A DNA stretch of 63,360 nt, filler included, from Atractiella rhizophila (lineage: Eukaryota): the NCBI GenBank assembly GCA_021432655.1. It is 4 parts of 4 records of this genome, joined end to end, with 100 filler letters (N's around TTAATTAATTAA, not from the genome) between each part and the next. Parts side by side here need not be neighbours in the genome. Positions count along the whole stretch, not along the records: positions 1 to 18,021 come from MU271866.1; 3 more parts are not named here. One strand, written 5' to 3'. Below, one piece after another: positions 1-12,323 of this stretch. Numbering within the stretch: the first letter of the stretch is position 1; every line of letters starts with the position of its first letter. A program made the position numbers and the translations under genes. The notes under the pieces were generated by a model. The model did no database searches and was not told the DNA's origin. It worked only from the letters and a program-made list of their open reading frames with translations.

Positions 1-430
1 GCAGATGAAATTGTTACGGGCTGGTCAAACGGCAATATGTTATCAGTAGGCTATCACGTCTGGAGGAAGGCAGCGGAAGCGGACGTTTCTCAAGCGAACA
101 AATAAAATCAACCTAAAACATCTGAACTGCGGCGTAAACCTGGGGTAAACACAGCTTGACATTTGACCTGTACTGGCAGACTGGACAAGGAGCGCGATTT
201 TGCTCTCTCTGCCGGTTATCTCCACTGAAACCGTTAGTGAAACCTAGCATGTGGATTTGTGGATTTGGATTGAAGAACTATCTGTCAATTTACAAAGTTC
301 CACTTTTTCTCTTAGCCTGGCTTAGCTTTGAGATATTTGAACCTGCCTCTGCCTCGTCATAAAGGGTTCGTGATGAGAGCATGCATGTTAATAGTGAAGG
401 TACATTTAGCATTCGATACTAGTAGTTACA

Positions 431-2937
431 ATGTCTTACCCACGTGAGGTTGACTTTATTATTGTCGGTGGTGCGTCTACTATCTTGAGGTCCAATCTAT
501 TCTGACCATTGATTAATGATACAGGAGGAGCATGTGGAATAACACTTCTCGCCCGTTTGGCACGATCAAATCCCTCAAACACTTTCCTAGTTGTCGAACG
601 CGGACAGGTCATAGTGAATGACCCGTCCGTCACAGCTCCTGCAGCTTGCCTAGCCCATCTCATGCCTGGATCGAAGTACACCCACTTCGTTCAAGGCAAA
701 ATGGAGAGCAGACCTATGCTTATTGCTCAAGGCTAGTCCATCTTTGGATATACTAAGTGATCGATACATGTTGGCGGTAGGTTGTGCTCTCAGCGGTTCC
801 TCAATGATCAATTGGACTATGTACTCTAAACGTTAGCATATTCTCCTGAAAGTGTGATGAAGCTAAGGCAAATCAGCAGCTAGCAAGTCCGAATTTGATG
901 GATGGAAGCAACAAGGTTGGAATTTCGACGAGGTACTTCCCTTCTTGAACAAGGTGAACCTTCCTCTTTCTAATCTTCGACCATCGCTGATGTAAAGGGC
1001 ACAAGGTTGAAGATTACCAATGTCCTATGGAAGATGCCTCCAAGCACGGAAACGGTGGGAATTTGAAGGTTCATAAGACGTCTTGTTGCAAAGCTGAGCT
1101 AAGAAGGCGGTCGCAGGTTACCCCAACCAAAATTGGCCCATACACGGAGGAATGGCTGGACGTATTGGCCAAATCTGGCGTTCCGCATAAAGTGGAGTGA
1201 GTTTTTCCTATTATTTTCATGAGTCTGACCCAACTAACAGCATACATGACGGTAACACTTCCGATGGTTGTTCGAACTTAAACCAATGGAAAGCTGCAAA
1301 CAGTGCATGCTCTGATGTCGCCACTTCACTTCTGTACGCTCTACATTCTCACATCGCTAGCTCTGATTCTATATTCACTAGCTATCCTCTCCGTCCACAC
1401 TTTTACCTCCCAATCAATTTGCTCTCTTCAGATCCACAAAGCAACGTCCACGTCCTCTACTCTACTGTAATCTCCCGCATCCTCATCGAGGGAGGGAAAG
1501 CGATGGTGTAGAGGTCGAAGTGAACATTGTCCATGCCAGAAAACTCGTTGTTCTTTCTGCTGGAGCGTTAGCCTCCCCTTTAATACTAGAACAAAGTGGA
1601 GTTGGGAAACGGGAGGTGCTGGGGTCTGCTGGAGTGGAGGTTAAAGTCGATAATGCGGGTGTTGGAGAAAAGTATCTTTTCCGCTTGTTAATAGTTCACA
1701 TGAGAGCTAAGGTTCATTTCGTAGCTACATAGACCACATTGGTTCAGTTTTACATCTTACCATGCCGCAACTGAACCTCACTAGGTGTTTTTCTATTTTA
1801 TTGTGCGCCTCCAAACGATACACACCTTCTGCATCCGGTCGACCCGGATTCTATGGGTATCGAAACTAGTGAGTCTGTGATCGATATCCCGGAATATCTG
1901 AACGGCTGACAACGCGACAGGTGCAAAGATTACTATGACGCTGGAAGATGTAAAGGGCACATCTCCCACATTCCAGCAGCACTGGAAAGAATGTTTCGCA
2001 GATTACCCAGATAAAGCTCAGGCCTGGATTGGCTTTGCAACAGTGAGCTGGCCATTCTCATTGTGCTAAATATAACATGGGTGGCAAAAGAACTGCCTGG
2101 GAGATCCAACCGCATTAGGCGAGGGTCCATTTTCACCTCTGGTAAGGGATCTTAGTAAGAGGTGACACTTGCTAAGGTGAAACAAAAGGCAGATGGGTGA
2201 ATCATCATGCTGGGAGAGGTAAGGCGACACTGATCCTTGAGAGGTACTCAGGATGTCACTACTAGGCTCCATCCACATATCAGACTTGTCACCAGACTCT
2301 GCCCCCAACTTCAAGGCCGCCTTCACTTCCGAAGAACAAATAATTGATACACTTGTCTGGATCTACAAAAAGTGGAGAACGGTCAATAGGCAACTATCTT
2401 TCTACCGCAGAGAGCCAGCAACGGCACATCCCAAATTCAGCAACACCTCTCCTGCTGCAACTCAAGACTATGCAGAAGTTCCCGCAGAAAATCATACAGT
2501 TGTCTATTTAGAAGAAGACGAAGTGGCTCTGCGAGAATTTGTGGTGGAGAAGATGGCGTCTGTCCTGTGAGCTCCAAGACTATTCTTGAGAAGGCTACTC
2601 AATGGCTATAACCTTTGCAGACACCCTGCTGGCACCTGTGCTATGGGTAGCGCTTTAGACAGTGACCTAAACGTTATCAGTGTCAAGAATTTGAAGGTCG
2701 CAGATTTGTCTGTTATACCTTCTCACATTGGAGGTGGGTCTCTGAGTGAGCGCTATGCGTCACGGGCTGAAAAGTGCTTCCAGGAAATCCTTATGCGGTC
2801 GCTTGCATGATAGGAGAAAAAGCGGCAAGTATTGTTGCAAAAGGTAAGTCGTTATTTGCAACAAGAAGGCCGTGAGCTTATGACTTTGCCTGGGAATATA
2901 GCCTGGGAATATAGAGTTTGACTTGAAAATTGATTAG
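431..2937 (+). pseudogene. GMC oxidoreductase (alcohol oxidase-like, AA3_3), multi-exon, probably a pseudogene
   Basis: Spliced: MSYPREVDFIIVGGGACG (FAD GxGxxG), VVLSAGALASPLILEQSGVG, HPAGTCAMG...VADLSVIPSHIGGNPYAVACMIGEKAA; stop 2935-2937. 1-nt frameshift near 1501 (GKAMV* vs KADGVE in the paralog); GGSS motif decayed to LSGSS. Confidence 0.8.
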
Positions 2938-2990
2938 AACCACAACTGAAAATTATTTTGCAACAGATTCCAATTTTGTGAAAAAAGGTA

Positions 2991-3020
2991 GCCTATAGTA
3001 TGGAGGTTTGCTGGGCTATG
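2991..3020 (+). repeat. KDZ left TIR, outer part
   Basis: gcctatagtatggaggtttgctgggctatg vs reverse complement of 11883-11912 ggctacagtatggaggtttgctgggctatg (2 mismatches). Confidence 0.85.
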
Positions 3021-4081
3021 GGGAATTTTCCGCGACGCCCGCCGTCGCGGCCATGATCACGGCTAGCTTTCTGCTGCGCATTCCAATCTGTGCAAAGTGG
3101 TGAAAGTGTTGAAAAGTTGGCGAAAGATTTGTGACAACAATACTCACTGAAAGCTTTTAATTAAGTTACATGGTTGTGGTCTGCTGCTAGCTTCACAGGC
3201 TAACCGCCATTTCATCAGCACCGTGTGGAATATAATATTTTGCCAATCCCACAATGTTCCAGCCTCAAACTCATATTTTTTTGCAGTCAGTGTCTACAAC
3301 TTTAGAAAAGAGAGGAGAGGGAACTAACAGTCAATTTGTCTCCGGAGTAGCTTGATCTGGTAGAATGAATCAAGCTCCACTTCATCCTGTGAAGGTGCTT
3401 CTGTATCAGTGCATGAACAGTGCAATAAATGCAAACATTGCTATTCAAGCATTCTTACAACTCTCTCTCCTGCACTCCCGCAAACCGCTTCACCTCCAAC
3501 AAGTCCAGTCAGCACATCTTTCGGACTTGCTGCCTTCCTGCTCTCCTCCATTCTCCAAACATCAACATTCATACCCTCCTCTCCTTCCCCGCCGCTCCAT
3601 CTGCACATCTGCACCTTGCAATGAGAATTGGTTTGGACTAAAGTGTCCCCAATCATACAAATGTGAGCATGATGCAATAGATGATAAAGTGATTTCATTA
3701 CAAAGCATACAAACATACCTAAAGTGTCCCCAATCATACAACCGTGAGCACGATGAAATAGATGATAAAGTGATTGGGGAAAAATGGAAGAGACTTTGCA
3801 GGTGTTCCTTTATAGTACCGGTCTTGCAGTGAAGTGCCACATGTTTGTCTCTGCTTCGGAACGCACGGCAAACACTTCAAAAACTGATCACGTCCCGTTG
3901 TTTTCATAACCCATTTCCAACACTTGCCATCACCTGTGGCAATGTTCGGACCCTGGAGGCAGCGCAGCCACGTTCTTCAGTTGGCCACTGTGTGTCGATG
4001 ATTGTCAACATGATTATAGTTGTCGTGAAATGCTTGGTAGCCTATCGGCACCGAATTTTGCCGTAAGTTTCCCCATAGCCC
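3013..4081. mobile_element. Non-autonomous ~1.07 kb TIR element nested in the KDZ left TIR
   Basis: Perfect 13-bp inverted ends GGGCTATGGGGAA (3013-3025) / TTCCCCATAGCCC (4069-4081); interrupts sequence that is contiguous in the right TIR; interior has only decayed ORFs. Confidence 0.75.
3638..3775 (+). repeat. Direct repeat, ~57 bp, 81-bp period
   Basis: ctaaagtgtccccaatcatacaa...gataaagtgatt at 3638 and 3719; differences include CG/TG swaps. Confidence 0.85.
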
Positions 4082-4210
4082 CACCCCAGTCGGCTGTTCT
4101 AGAGGACAACGAGACCGAGAAATGAAGACCAGATTCACGGTCTGTGAGACCAGGACGCCAGCCAATTCTCAAAACAATTCACAACTTGTGAGTTGGCAGG
4201 GCGGTCGGGA
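4082..4210 (+). repeat. KDZ left TIR, inner part
   Basis: caccccagtcggctgttctagaggacaacgagaccgagaaatgaagaccagattcacgg (4082-4140) is the exact reverse complement of 11824-11882; weaker match continues ~70 bp. Confidence 0.9.
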
Positions 4211-4342
4211 AAATGACAACTCTAGCCACATCACAACAACTTCTGCTCGCGTCGCGTACTTTCGTGAACCAGCTGGGCGTCTAAACGGAACCGACTAGCC
4301 CATTCCCAATCCACCCTCCCTGGTTTCCACAACCTCGCTCCG

Positions 4343-7300
4343 ATGAAGCGTTCGCGAGACGGCCGGCGAGTCAGACCGCTCAAGGATAACGGAAAGACAA
4401 CGTTGTTTACCAGCTCAGGTCGCCTGTCAGGCAGAAGAGCAGACGCATTTCTCGCCAAATCTCGAACCCAGGACGCGATTATGGATGCCATCGACTTCTC
4501 GCATTCCTCTCGTTCCTCTCCTCCATCACCAAACTCCTCAGCCATCCCTCTCATGAATATTTCAGAAGGCGTGCAGCCATTTGATTGGGAATGGGAGAAC
4601 GATGATGCCCACTCCGACCCACGCCAGTCCAGTTTGGATCGCGCTCGACAATTCCTTCGCAAGAGCTATCGATCAGAACGTTATGTTAGCAAGCTTGTCG
4701 AAGAGGATAGACGGTGGACTGAACTTATGCCAGAGATGGTGGCGCATTATTTATTGCTAGAAGGTTGGAGTGGAGGTTGGGCGGATGGTGAGGAAGCTTT
4801 CAAGGACCGGGTTGGGGATGTCTTTCTTTGTCGCTGTGAGCTGGGTGATAGGAGTGAGAGAGAAGTAGACTTGCTGGATGTTCTAGGTATGCTGCCTCTC
4901 TTTACGTTGCACACAAGGTCATGGGGTTGTTGGGGAAGAGGAACACCGTGCGACAGTGTCTTTCTGCAGATGTACTCCTGAGCCGGTCCGACTTCTCTGC
5001 ATGGGATATCTCCCCGCCTCTCCCCACTCACCTCGAACCGCCTTCTCTATCCGCTTCCTTCGTTTTCATCACTCTATGTGGGCGCCTTCCGGAATCTCAA
5101 CCCAAAGCTGGATTGACGGATGGCAGAAATATCTTCATCTGCTACCTGGCAGACCAAATGCTTTGAAAGGACGTGGGACCGATCGAGTATGTCCGCCTTC
5201 CCTTGCTAGTCTTCCACACTGTTCATCCAACCGTCTTCATATGTTCCTGCTCCATGTTTGAGTTATGTGCTAAGTGTTCACTTTTGGGACCAGGCACGGT
5301 CGTTTCGGGTTCCATTTGGGAAGACGGTCTCTGTGTTCCGGTGCATCCTCCTAGGTGTGCAACAACTGCTGGAAGAGACATTGAATCATCGCAACTCTGA
5401 TCGGCTTGCCATGATCTGCCCCCCTTGCTTCGGACCTATGGAGAACGAGCGAAAAGAAGACAAAGTGCCGGACAACATCTTCAGTATGGATGGCAACTTT
5501 GTTCAGCGGCATCAAGCAAATAGCACGATCAATGCCATTCCCCTTCGTCATCCTCCATCGTTCATCCCTCAGGAGGCCATTGATGACGCAAGAGAAACGA
5601 ACGCAACAGCTGCTAGCAGGTATAACTCCCATGACAAGGTATGCACTGCTATGTCAAGGTTGAAGTATTAAATGACATTAGGATGCTTGCACGGAGTCTT
5701 TCAAAGCTGCAGACGACAAAAGGAGCCAGTCAAGCTTCAAAAACTCAGATGACACAGGGCTCTTTGCTGCTGTTTGCCGCCATGATCAACCATTGATCTT
5801 TGCAAACATCTTCAAATCAGGGGAGAAGTACGTAGTCTTACGCATAACATTATACCTTATTGACTGTCTTCAGACTTTGCTATTCCGTCGCTGTTGTTAA
5901 ATACCTTGCTCAAGCTTTCGTGGACCGGTGCTTTGGCGCACAATATGATATCGCCTGCAATTTCGAAAAGCATGTGGACAAAGTGCGTAGTGCTTCAATC
6001 ATGGAATGTCATTGAGAGGGTATCGTCAGCGTAACCTCCTCCCCGCTGACATCCGAGAGCGAATTCAAGCCCGTCTTCCGACCTTTCATGGCTATGCTCA
6101 TGGTTGGGAGTGCCAAATCAAATACAACTCCAAGTACTCCACTGGATTTGGCCAGTCGGAAGGCGAAGGAACAGAGCGGACATGGAGCAAGATGTCCTCC
6201 ATAATTGGAGGATGCCGTTATATGACACGTAACAACCGCCTCCTGACCATTGAGTTTCGAGCTCAGCACATTCTTGAAGAAGGACTTGTGAGCCTGGGTA
6301 TGTCGTCCACTTGTTCCAATTATATTCAGCAGACTCACAGGCGTGTCTATAGCTGTAACTCTTCGTCGAAAGTATGCAAATGCTGCAACATCTTTGCGGC
6401 TGGCGTCCAAACGACTCGACTTTCTCAAATCCATCGACAACATTCACCATCCAGGATCGAAATACACTGAAGCGTTTTTCTACGAACAATGGGGACAGGA
6501 GAAGAGAGATCTCGGTCACGAGTCAAAAAAAACTCGACAAAAGGAGGACGAGGAGAAACTAGGTGCATTCTTTGACCTGCAGTATCGACTAGAACAAACT
6601 TCGTATGCCGTCCTTTAGTTTTTCGCCTCGCTCATCCATCATTGTAGAAGAATACTTGAGTCCACACGCCAGATCCTTCCAGAAACAGCTGCAAAGGTGC
6701 TTGCCGCAATGGACAAATATAGCGCGGAATTGGAACTGCTCGCGAGGGAGTTGGGAGATGCATTTCGTGACCTCCGTCCTACTGAAAGTAAGATGCTTCT
6801 CGCTCTCTAAGCCACATGCTTACCTGCAATGTGTTAATTAATAGAAGAGAGGAGAAAACAGCTTCTCCTTATTCGGCATGCAAAACTAGAATTGTAACGG
6901 CGTCAACTTCGTATCAAGGAAGAACTCCGTCCGATCACTCTTGCCAAAGAACGACGTGGAGGTTATTTGACAGGTTTGTCGACCTCAGGAATCATTATCA
7001 AGACTAATTCTTGTAGGATACAGGAAGCGTGAACGTATCCTTGCCTCTGTATCAAAACATCACGCTGCTGCCAAAACAACTTTCAACACCTACCTTCGAC
7101 ATGTTACGAAGTACGAACGAGACTTTCCTGACGAAGCACTCCCGAAAAAAATGTCAACTTATGACGAACTCAAATCCCTTTCCCTCGATGACCCTTTCTG
7201 GAATGACGGCTTCACGATGTCTGCCCGAGGACTGTGGCAAACAGATGCGATCACCCAGGCAGGGATACGAACGGTCATGGAGCGGGATCGTGCAGTGGAG

Positions 7301-7870
7301 GAGCTGAGGCGTGTAGGGTGGGAAGTGCGTCGTGCGATGGCTTGGGCAAATGAGAGGCGACTGGAGCTTACACGGGGCATAGATTATCTTTCTAAAGGTG
7401 TCGCTTTTCTCCTTCTGACGAGTTTTCCATGCTAATACTTTGGAATGGTAGTGATAGACTCCTCTTCCCATCATGACCCTTCCCTTACTGCAACCCCCCC
7501 ACCATTCTATCAAGCGTCAGAATATATTAACTTAACACAGAACCCGTCCATCTCACCACTCAAACGTGCACGGTGCACACTCCATCTCCTTCAGAAGGAA
7601 CTGAGTCGCCTACATTTCCTTGAACAAGCATGGTTTAATGACCTCTCTTGGGTTTGGGAAGAAACAAGGAGCGAAGATGAAGGCTTACATCCCTGGTTGG
7701 GTAGACTTCGGACAGGATTAGAGGTGGTAGGAAGTTCCACTGAAAATTTTGAGCAGGAGTGGGAAGATGAAGATGCATTTGAAGAGGGTAACGAAGAAGT
7801 AGACTTTGCAGAGGAGTTGCAGGAAGCAGAATGCACTGTAAATATTTTTGATGATACCACTTTAGAATAA
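4343..7870 (+). CDS. CxC1-KDZ transposase, multi-exon, with one in-frame TAA at 6895-6897
   Basis: CxC1-like VSFCRCTPEPVRLLCMGYLPASPHSPRTAFS and CPPCFG; core motifs MDGNF, DDTGLFAAVCRHD, KSGEK, YDIACNF, FHGYAHGWECQ, GEGTERTWS (D-D-E triad); GT-AG introns join exons in frame. Confidence 0.9.
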
Positions 7871-8952
7871 ATTTCCTTCTTCTACTTAACATTGTGCTCC
7901 TTTGATGTCAGAAGAGAGTTGTTTCGAGTTGGTGTTCAAAACATTGATTGAACGCATTGGACACGGACCAAATTTCCCAATTGGTATAATTCCTCTACTC
8001 GAGCTGGCTGACCGTTGAGCCACACAAACAACGATGGGTAATGGTGGAAACCCATGCCGGCAGTGACGCGGGGTTGATGATGTTGCAACACAGATATAAG
8101 TCTTGATGCATTCGATGTATTGCTTAGAACTCGTGCGTTTGTCATCAAACTTGTCTCGTTATACTTTTCTTAAAGATATTATCAATCAATCAATCAATAT
8201 TATCAATATTCCTGTGTTAACGCTCTGGCAGAAAGCAGAAATGCCGCAACCATCAACATGTTCTTGGATATAGCCTATCACGTACATATTGCTGGCTAAC
8301 ACACAATCTCATTACAAAGAATAATTATTCTTCGCTTAAGTTTGACGAATAGTCCTTCGACAATGTGTTTCATTTCTTCCTATTTAGCTTACCTAAATCT
8401 GATATCACGCAAAAGCATATTGAAAACTTGAAAGCAATAGCTCGGCGGTACGTAGAGGGCAACAAGAGAGCAATGACAGCAGCCTTGTCGGACTCCTCTT
8501 AATCTTCTTTTAGGCGAAAGCTAGGATTGTTAGATAATAAAGTAAGGACAACTCGTTCTTTTAATGATTGATACCCTTCAAAATGTTCATTTTACTTCCT
8601 TATGATTTTCAGTACAACGAGGGAATGGGTGAGAGATTTGTATATATATCAGTTTGGCAATTGGATATCATTCCAGCCGTAGCTATTAACTCTTGCAGAG
8701 TAAAGCGTACCATATTGGCATTAACATGTAAATATCTGAGCATCTTTAAGAAGCTAAACATCCTGGAAAACATGAACTCCTGGACGTGTCAAAATCACGT
8801 GAGCTACCCCTTTCTTTTCGTTCCGTTCTGACTACAGCAACATCAGCGTATTTTTTTCGGTTGTAATATCTAGTGAGTTATTCTCTATCCTCTCATGCTT
8901 TCAGCATATTGACGTGGAATCTAGATACGACAATCCTTCAGATATTCAATTC

Positions 8953-11057
8953 ATGGACAATACACTCTCGAACGATTACTGCTGGCCTGTTACTGCAACC
9001 CGTCAAGGATTTGAGCATTTAACGGGAGAACGTAATCGGCCAGAGCCTAATAATGGAGGTATTAATGGGTTTAACACTACAAATCACAGAGTTTGTGCGT
9101 AATTTTCTTATTTGTTGAAGGGATATCCTAAGTCAACGGATATGATTGCTAGCATATGCTACACAAAATGACATTCATCAATATCCAAATCATCTCTTTA
9201 ATTCGGTCAGGGACAATCCTTTTTTTGTCTCTGATGTGTGGAAAGATGCCGGCCATTCTCTCTTCGCACTGGAAAAGGGGATGACATTTAATAAGGACCA
9301 CGATCACCCTGTACCGGTTACAACTCCTTCAAATGTTACTTCACCTTCACTTTCAACCTCCTATCTACCGATGGCAATTTTCGCGAACTCCTACGAGAGC
9401 ACCGGTTCATCTGCTCTCAATACACAACCCTTTCCCAACGCTTCATCAGTCCCAGTACCATCTCTCCTTTCCTCAGGTTTACCGAATCTACATGTCGAAC
9501 ATTCGCTCAAGTCCACGGCAAACCCATCTACCAATTCTGCCTCACCAGCAGAACCACTTTCCACTCTCAAAACAAGCAGACCTTCCTCACTACCCACCTC
9601 ACGCCACCTCAACCCAAAGTCCCACCCTCCAGCCAGCCTTGAATCTCGATTTCGTCAAGAACGCCTTGACTATCTTGGAAAGAATGTGGACTTGGATAAC
9701 ACGACGAATTCAGCCCTTCTATCCTTTGCACGTGGGTTGGGTTATAAGCAGTCGCTAAATAACGTGCAAAGGGAGGAGTTCTCAGCTTTGAGGGAGCGGC
9801 AAGAACGTGAAATGATTGTCAAAGCAATTGAACTTGGTGTTCATCCGGACAGTGCACCACACTATAGGTCAGTGCTTTATCTGAAGTGAAGAAGGATGGC
9901 AGTACTAATAGAGAGTACTAGCGTTGTACAGACAAAATTGAATGACTACAACATCTTTGTGAAGTACCATCCGGCTGCCCAGGCAATTTCACAATCCAAA
10001 CAGTGTACGTGATATGCTATACACCTTCAGCCTGCAAACAAATATGCTAATACATTGTTTTATAACTTAGATCTATACACAGCGGTGGCGATAGGGGGAA
10101 GATGCTGGGCAAGAAGTACGAAGAGTTGAAAGCTGCTGCCATTGAGGCGGGGGAAGAACATCTGTTTCTACAGGCTGAGAAGATCAAAGCGGCTTCGGAA
10201 AGCAGCTTTCACAGCTTCAAAGTGTCACATGCCGATGATGAGAGCACAGCTAGGGCCTATATGCAGAAGGTGAAAAGAGAAGTCAGTCTATTTCGCTGTC
10301 ACCGTTACGACTGCGCTCATTCACCAATGTCTCTAGATCAACAATGTGTCTGCTGCTGCTCACTGTGAATTCGTCATATTCTGTGTTTCATCACAGGCTC
10401 GAAATGGGGCATTCAAGATGGAAGCTTCATCTGACAATGCAAGTAGCTTTGTCAATACACTCCTGACGGAAAATTGTATCCGAACCAAGGGCATGACCCA
10501 CGGTCTCTCATTTTTGAATTACATGGCAGCGTATATACAGTCTCCACACACCCTTCCCAGCAGAATTACACGATCCGAGGCAGTAAACAAGAGAGAGCCG
10601 GTGCACCACTTACGGAAGCATGAAGGTCAGTTGACAATTCTATCTCATCACCAGACATCTGAAATATTCTGTAGATCAACTCCACTCGTTAGATGATTGC
10701 CAGTATCGGGATGAAAAAGAAACTTATGCAAAAAAGTTGTTGAAACAGCTTGCTAGTGAGTTGCACTTTACCGGTTGGTTACAAATGTGAACGCATGAAA
10801 CTCAAAATACAGGTAATGCATTGCAGCAAGACTTCAAGGAATGGCCGGTTGCAAAGTTTGACAAAATCTTCAAGGGATGGAGCTTCTACTGTGAGGAATC
10901 AGACATGCTAAGTGCAGAGGACTTTGTAAATCACATGCAAGCTGGTTTGCGAAGGGCAGATGAGAACTGGCTAAAAGTGTTGATTGAACAGCTAGAACAA
11001 GGTAATGTCATCCTTCAGGAGAAACTAGGGCGTAGTAGGAAGAAACAACGGATGTAG
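8953..11057 (+). CDS. Transposon-borne accessory protein with Ser/Pro-rich N-terminus and HMG-box-like helical segment
   Basis: About 6 exons between the TIRs; DYNIFVKYHPAAQAI...RGKMLGKKYEEL is HMG-like, then HCEFVIFCVSS and KEWP; start codon and exon edges approximate. Confidence 0.6.
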
Positions 11058-11751
11058 TAGGAAGAAACAACGGATGGAGGGATAGTAAAGGTATGTCTTC
11101 TCATATTGCCTACTGAACTGAACTGATGACGGCTTTGATGATACAGTCCACACTGACACCGTCCTACATTCTCTCTATTTCTGCTTTCATGAAGTAAATG
11201 ACATTGAATTGATTTCATGCAACGGTATATTACAGCTCAATTGAAAGCGTTAAGTACTGGGTACTCATAACACAGCATCAGTAATGAAGAAAATGTAGGT
11301 CCTGTTTGAGAAAGACACTTTTTGCAGCTCAAGGAGGACGCACTGGGAGGCCGTTGCTTGGAAGGGGATGTGTCTAATGCCCACCAATGATGGATGTGGA
11401 TGCGGTGTCTTTTCAGTATTCTCTGAGACCGTCAGGGAGGGGCGACAATATTAATTGCAATAGAAGACATCTCTACACAGACACAAATGAAAGATGTACT
11501 GGTTTGCCACCTGCATGCTCTGTATTACGCTTCACCTAGCTTCTTCTCTTCTTCACGGTCCCATGGCAGTGAAATTTAAAGGGGAGCGAAGGAGACGTGT
11601 GGGATCGCATGCGTTTTCCACTTAGTATACAATTCAGAGTCAATATAAAGGATACTCCTTAGGGGATAGGAGTAGAGGGATACGATATATATTGCGGTAG
11701 ATATAGAGGTGCCTTCCCGCCTTTAGTGATTTCCTATTTTGGAATTCGCCT

Positions 11752-11912
11752 TTCCGACCAAGATACTGCCAATTCACGAATTCAGAGTTGTTTTGAGAAT
11801 TGGCTGGGGCACGGTCTCGAAGGCCGTGAATCTGGTCTTCATTTCTCGGTCTCGTTGTCCTCTAGAACAGCCGACTGGGGTGCATAGCCCAGCAAACCTC
11901 CATACTGTAGCC
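11752..11912 (-). repeat. KDZ right TIR
   Basis: Uninterrupted inverted copy of 2991-3020 plus 4082-4210. Confidence 0.85.
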
Positions 11913-12323
11913 TGAATAGATCCCCTTCGCGTGTCAATGCATCTACTATCAGAACCGAACAAACGTGTTTGTTGAGCTTGAGCCAAAAATCCTCATGTGT
12001 CAACAGCGGAGCGGCAGTACGGTCCATTTAGTTCTATCATAGCAGTAGAAGAGACATATGCGTCTACTCGCCTGATTTCTGTCTGTTTATGTTTATTGTT
12101 TACTCCGGAGCAGCAACGACTTTCTGGAGATTACACTGTTGACCCATGGAGGAATTGTGCAATTGTGACGATGTTCTTCTCACTGCTCTGTTGCCCCTCG
12201 CTACCTGACCTCCGTGAATGGAAGCACGTTTCGAGGCCTGTTTCGATAGGGTAAATAAAAGGCAGCGAGCAGTCGGGCACAAAATATTATCCTTCTTCAA
12301 CTTCTTCCCCAGTTCAATTCCAA

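Larger units (their letters stand above)
2991..11912 (+). mobile_element. KDZ (Kyakuja-Dileera-Zisupton; CxC1/Kyakuja-type) DNA transposon, ~8.9 kb, long TIRs
   Basis: Reverse complement of ~11752-11912 matches 2991-3020 joined to 4082-~4210; encloses a KDZ transposase and a second multi-exon gene. Confidence 0.85.

Noticed and set aside
11330..11455. ULP1-like protease motif (PTNDGCGCGVF) inside the KDZ element
   Set aside because: Short frame without the Gln/Asp context or an upstream domain; likely chance.
2991..11912. TET/JBP dioxygenase cargo
   Set aside because: No HxD...H...R motif set seen in any ORF of the element.
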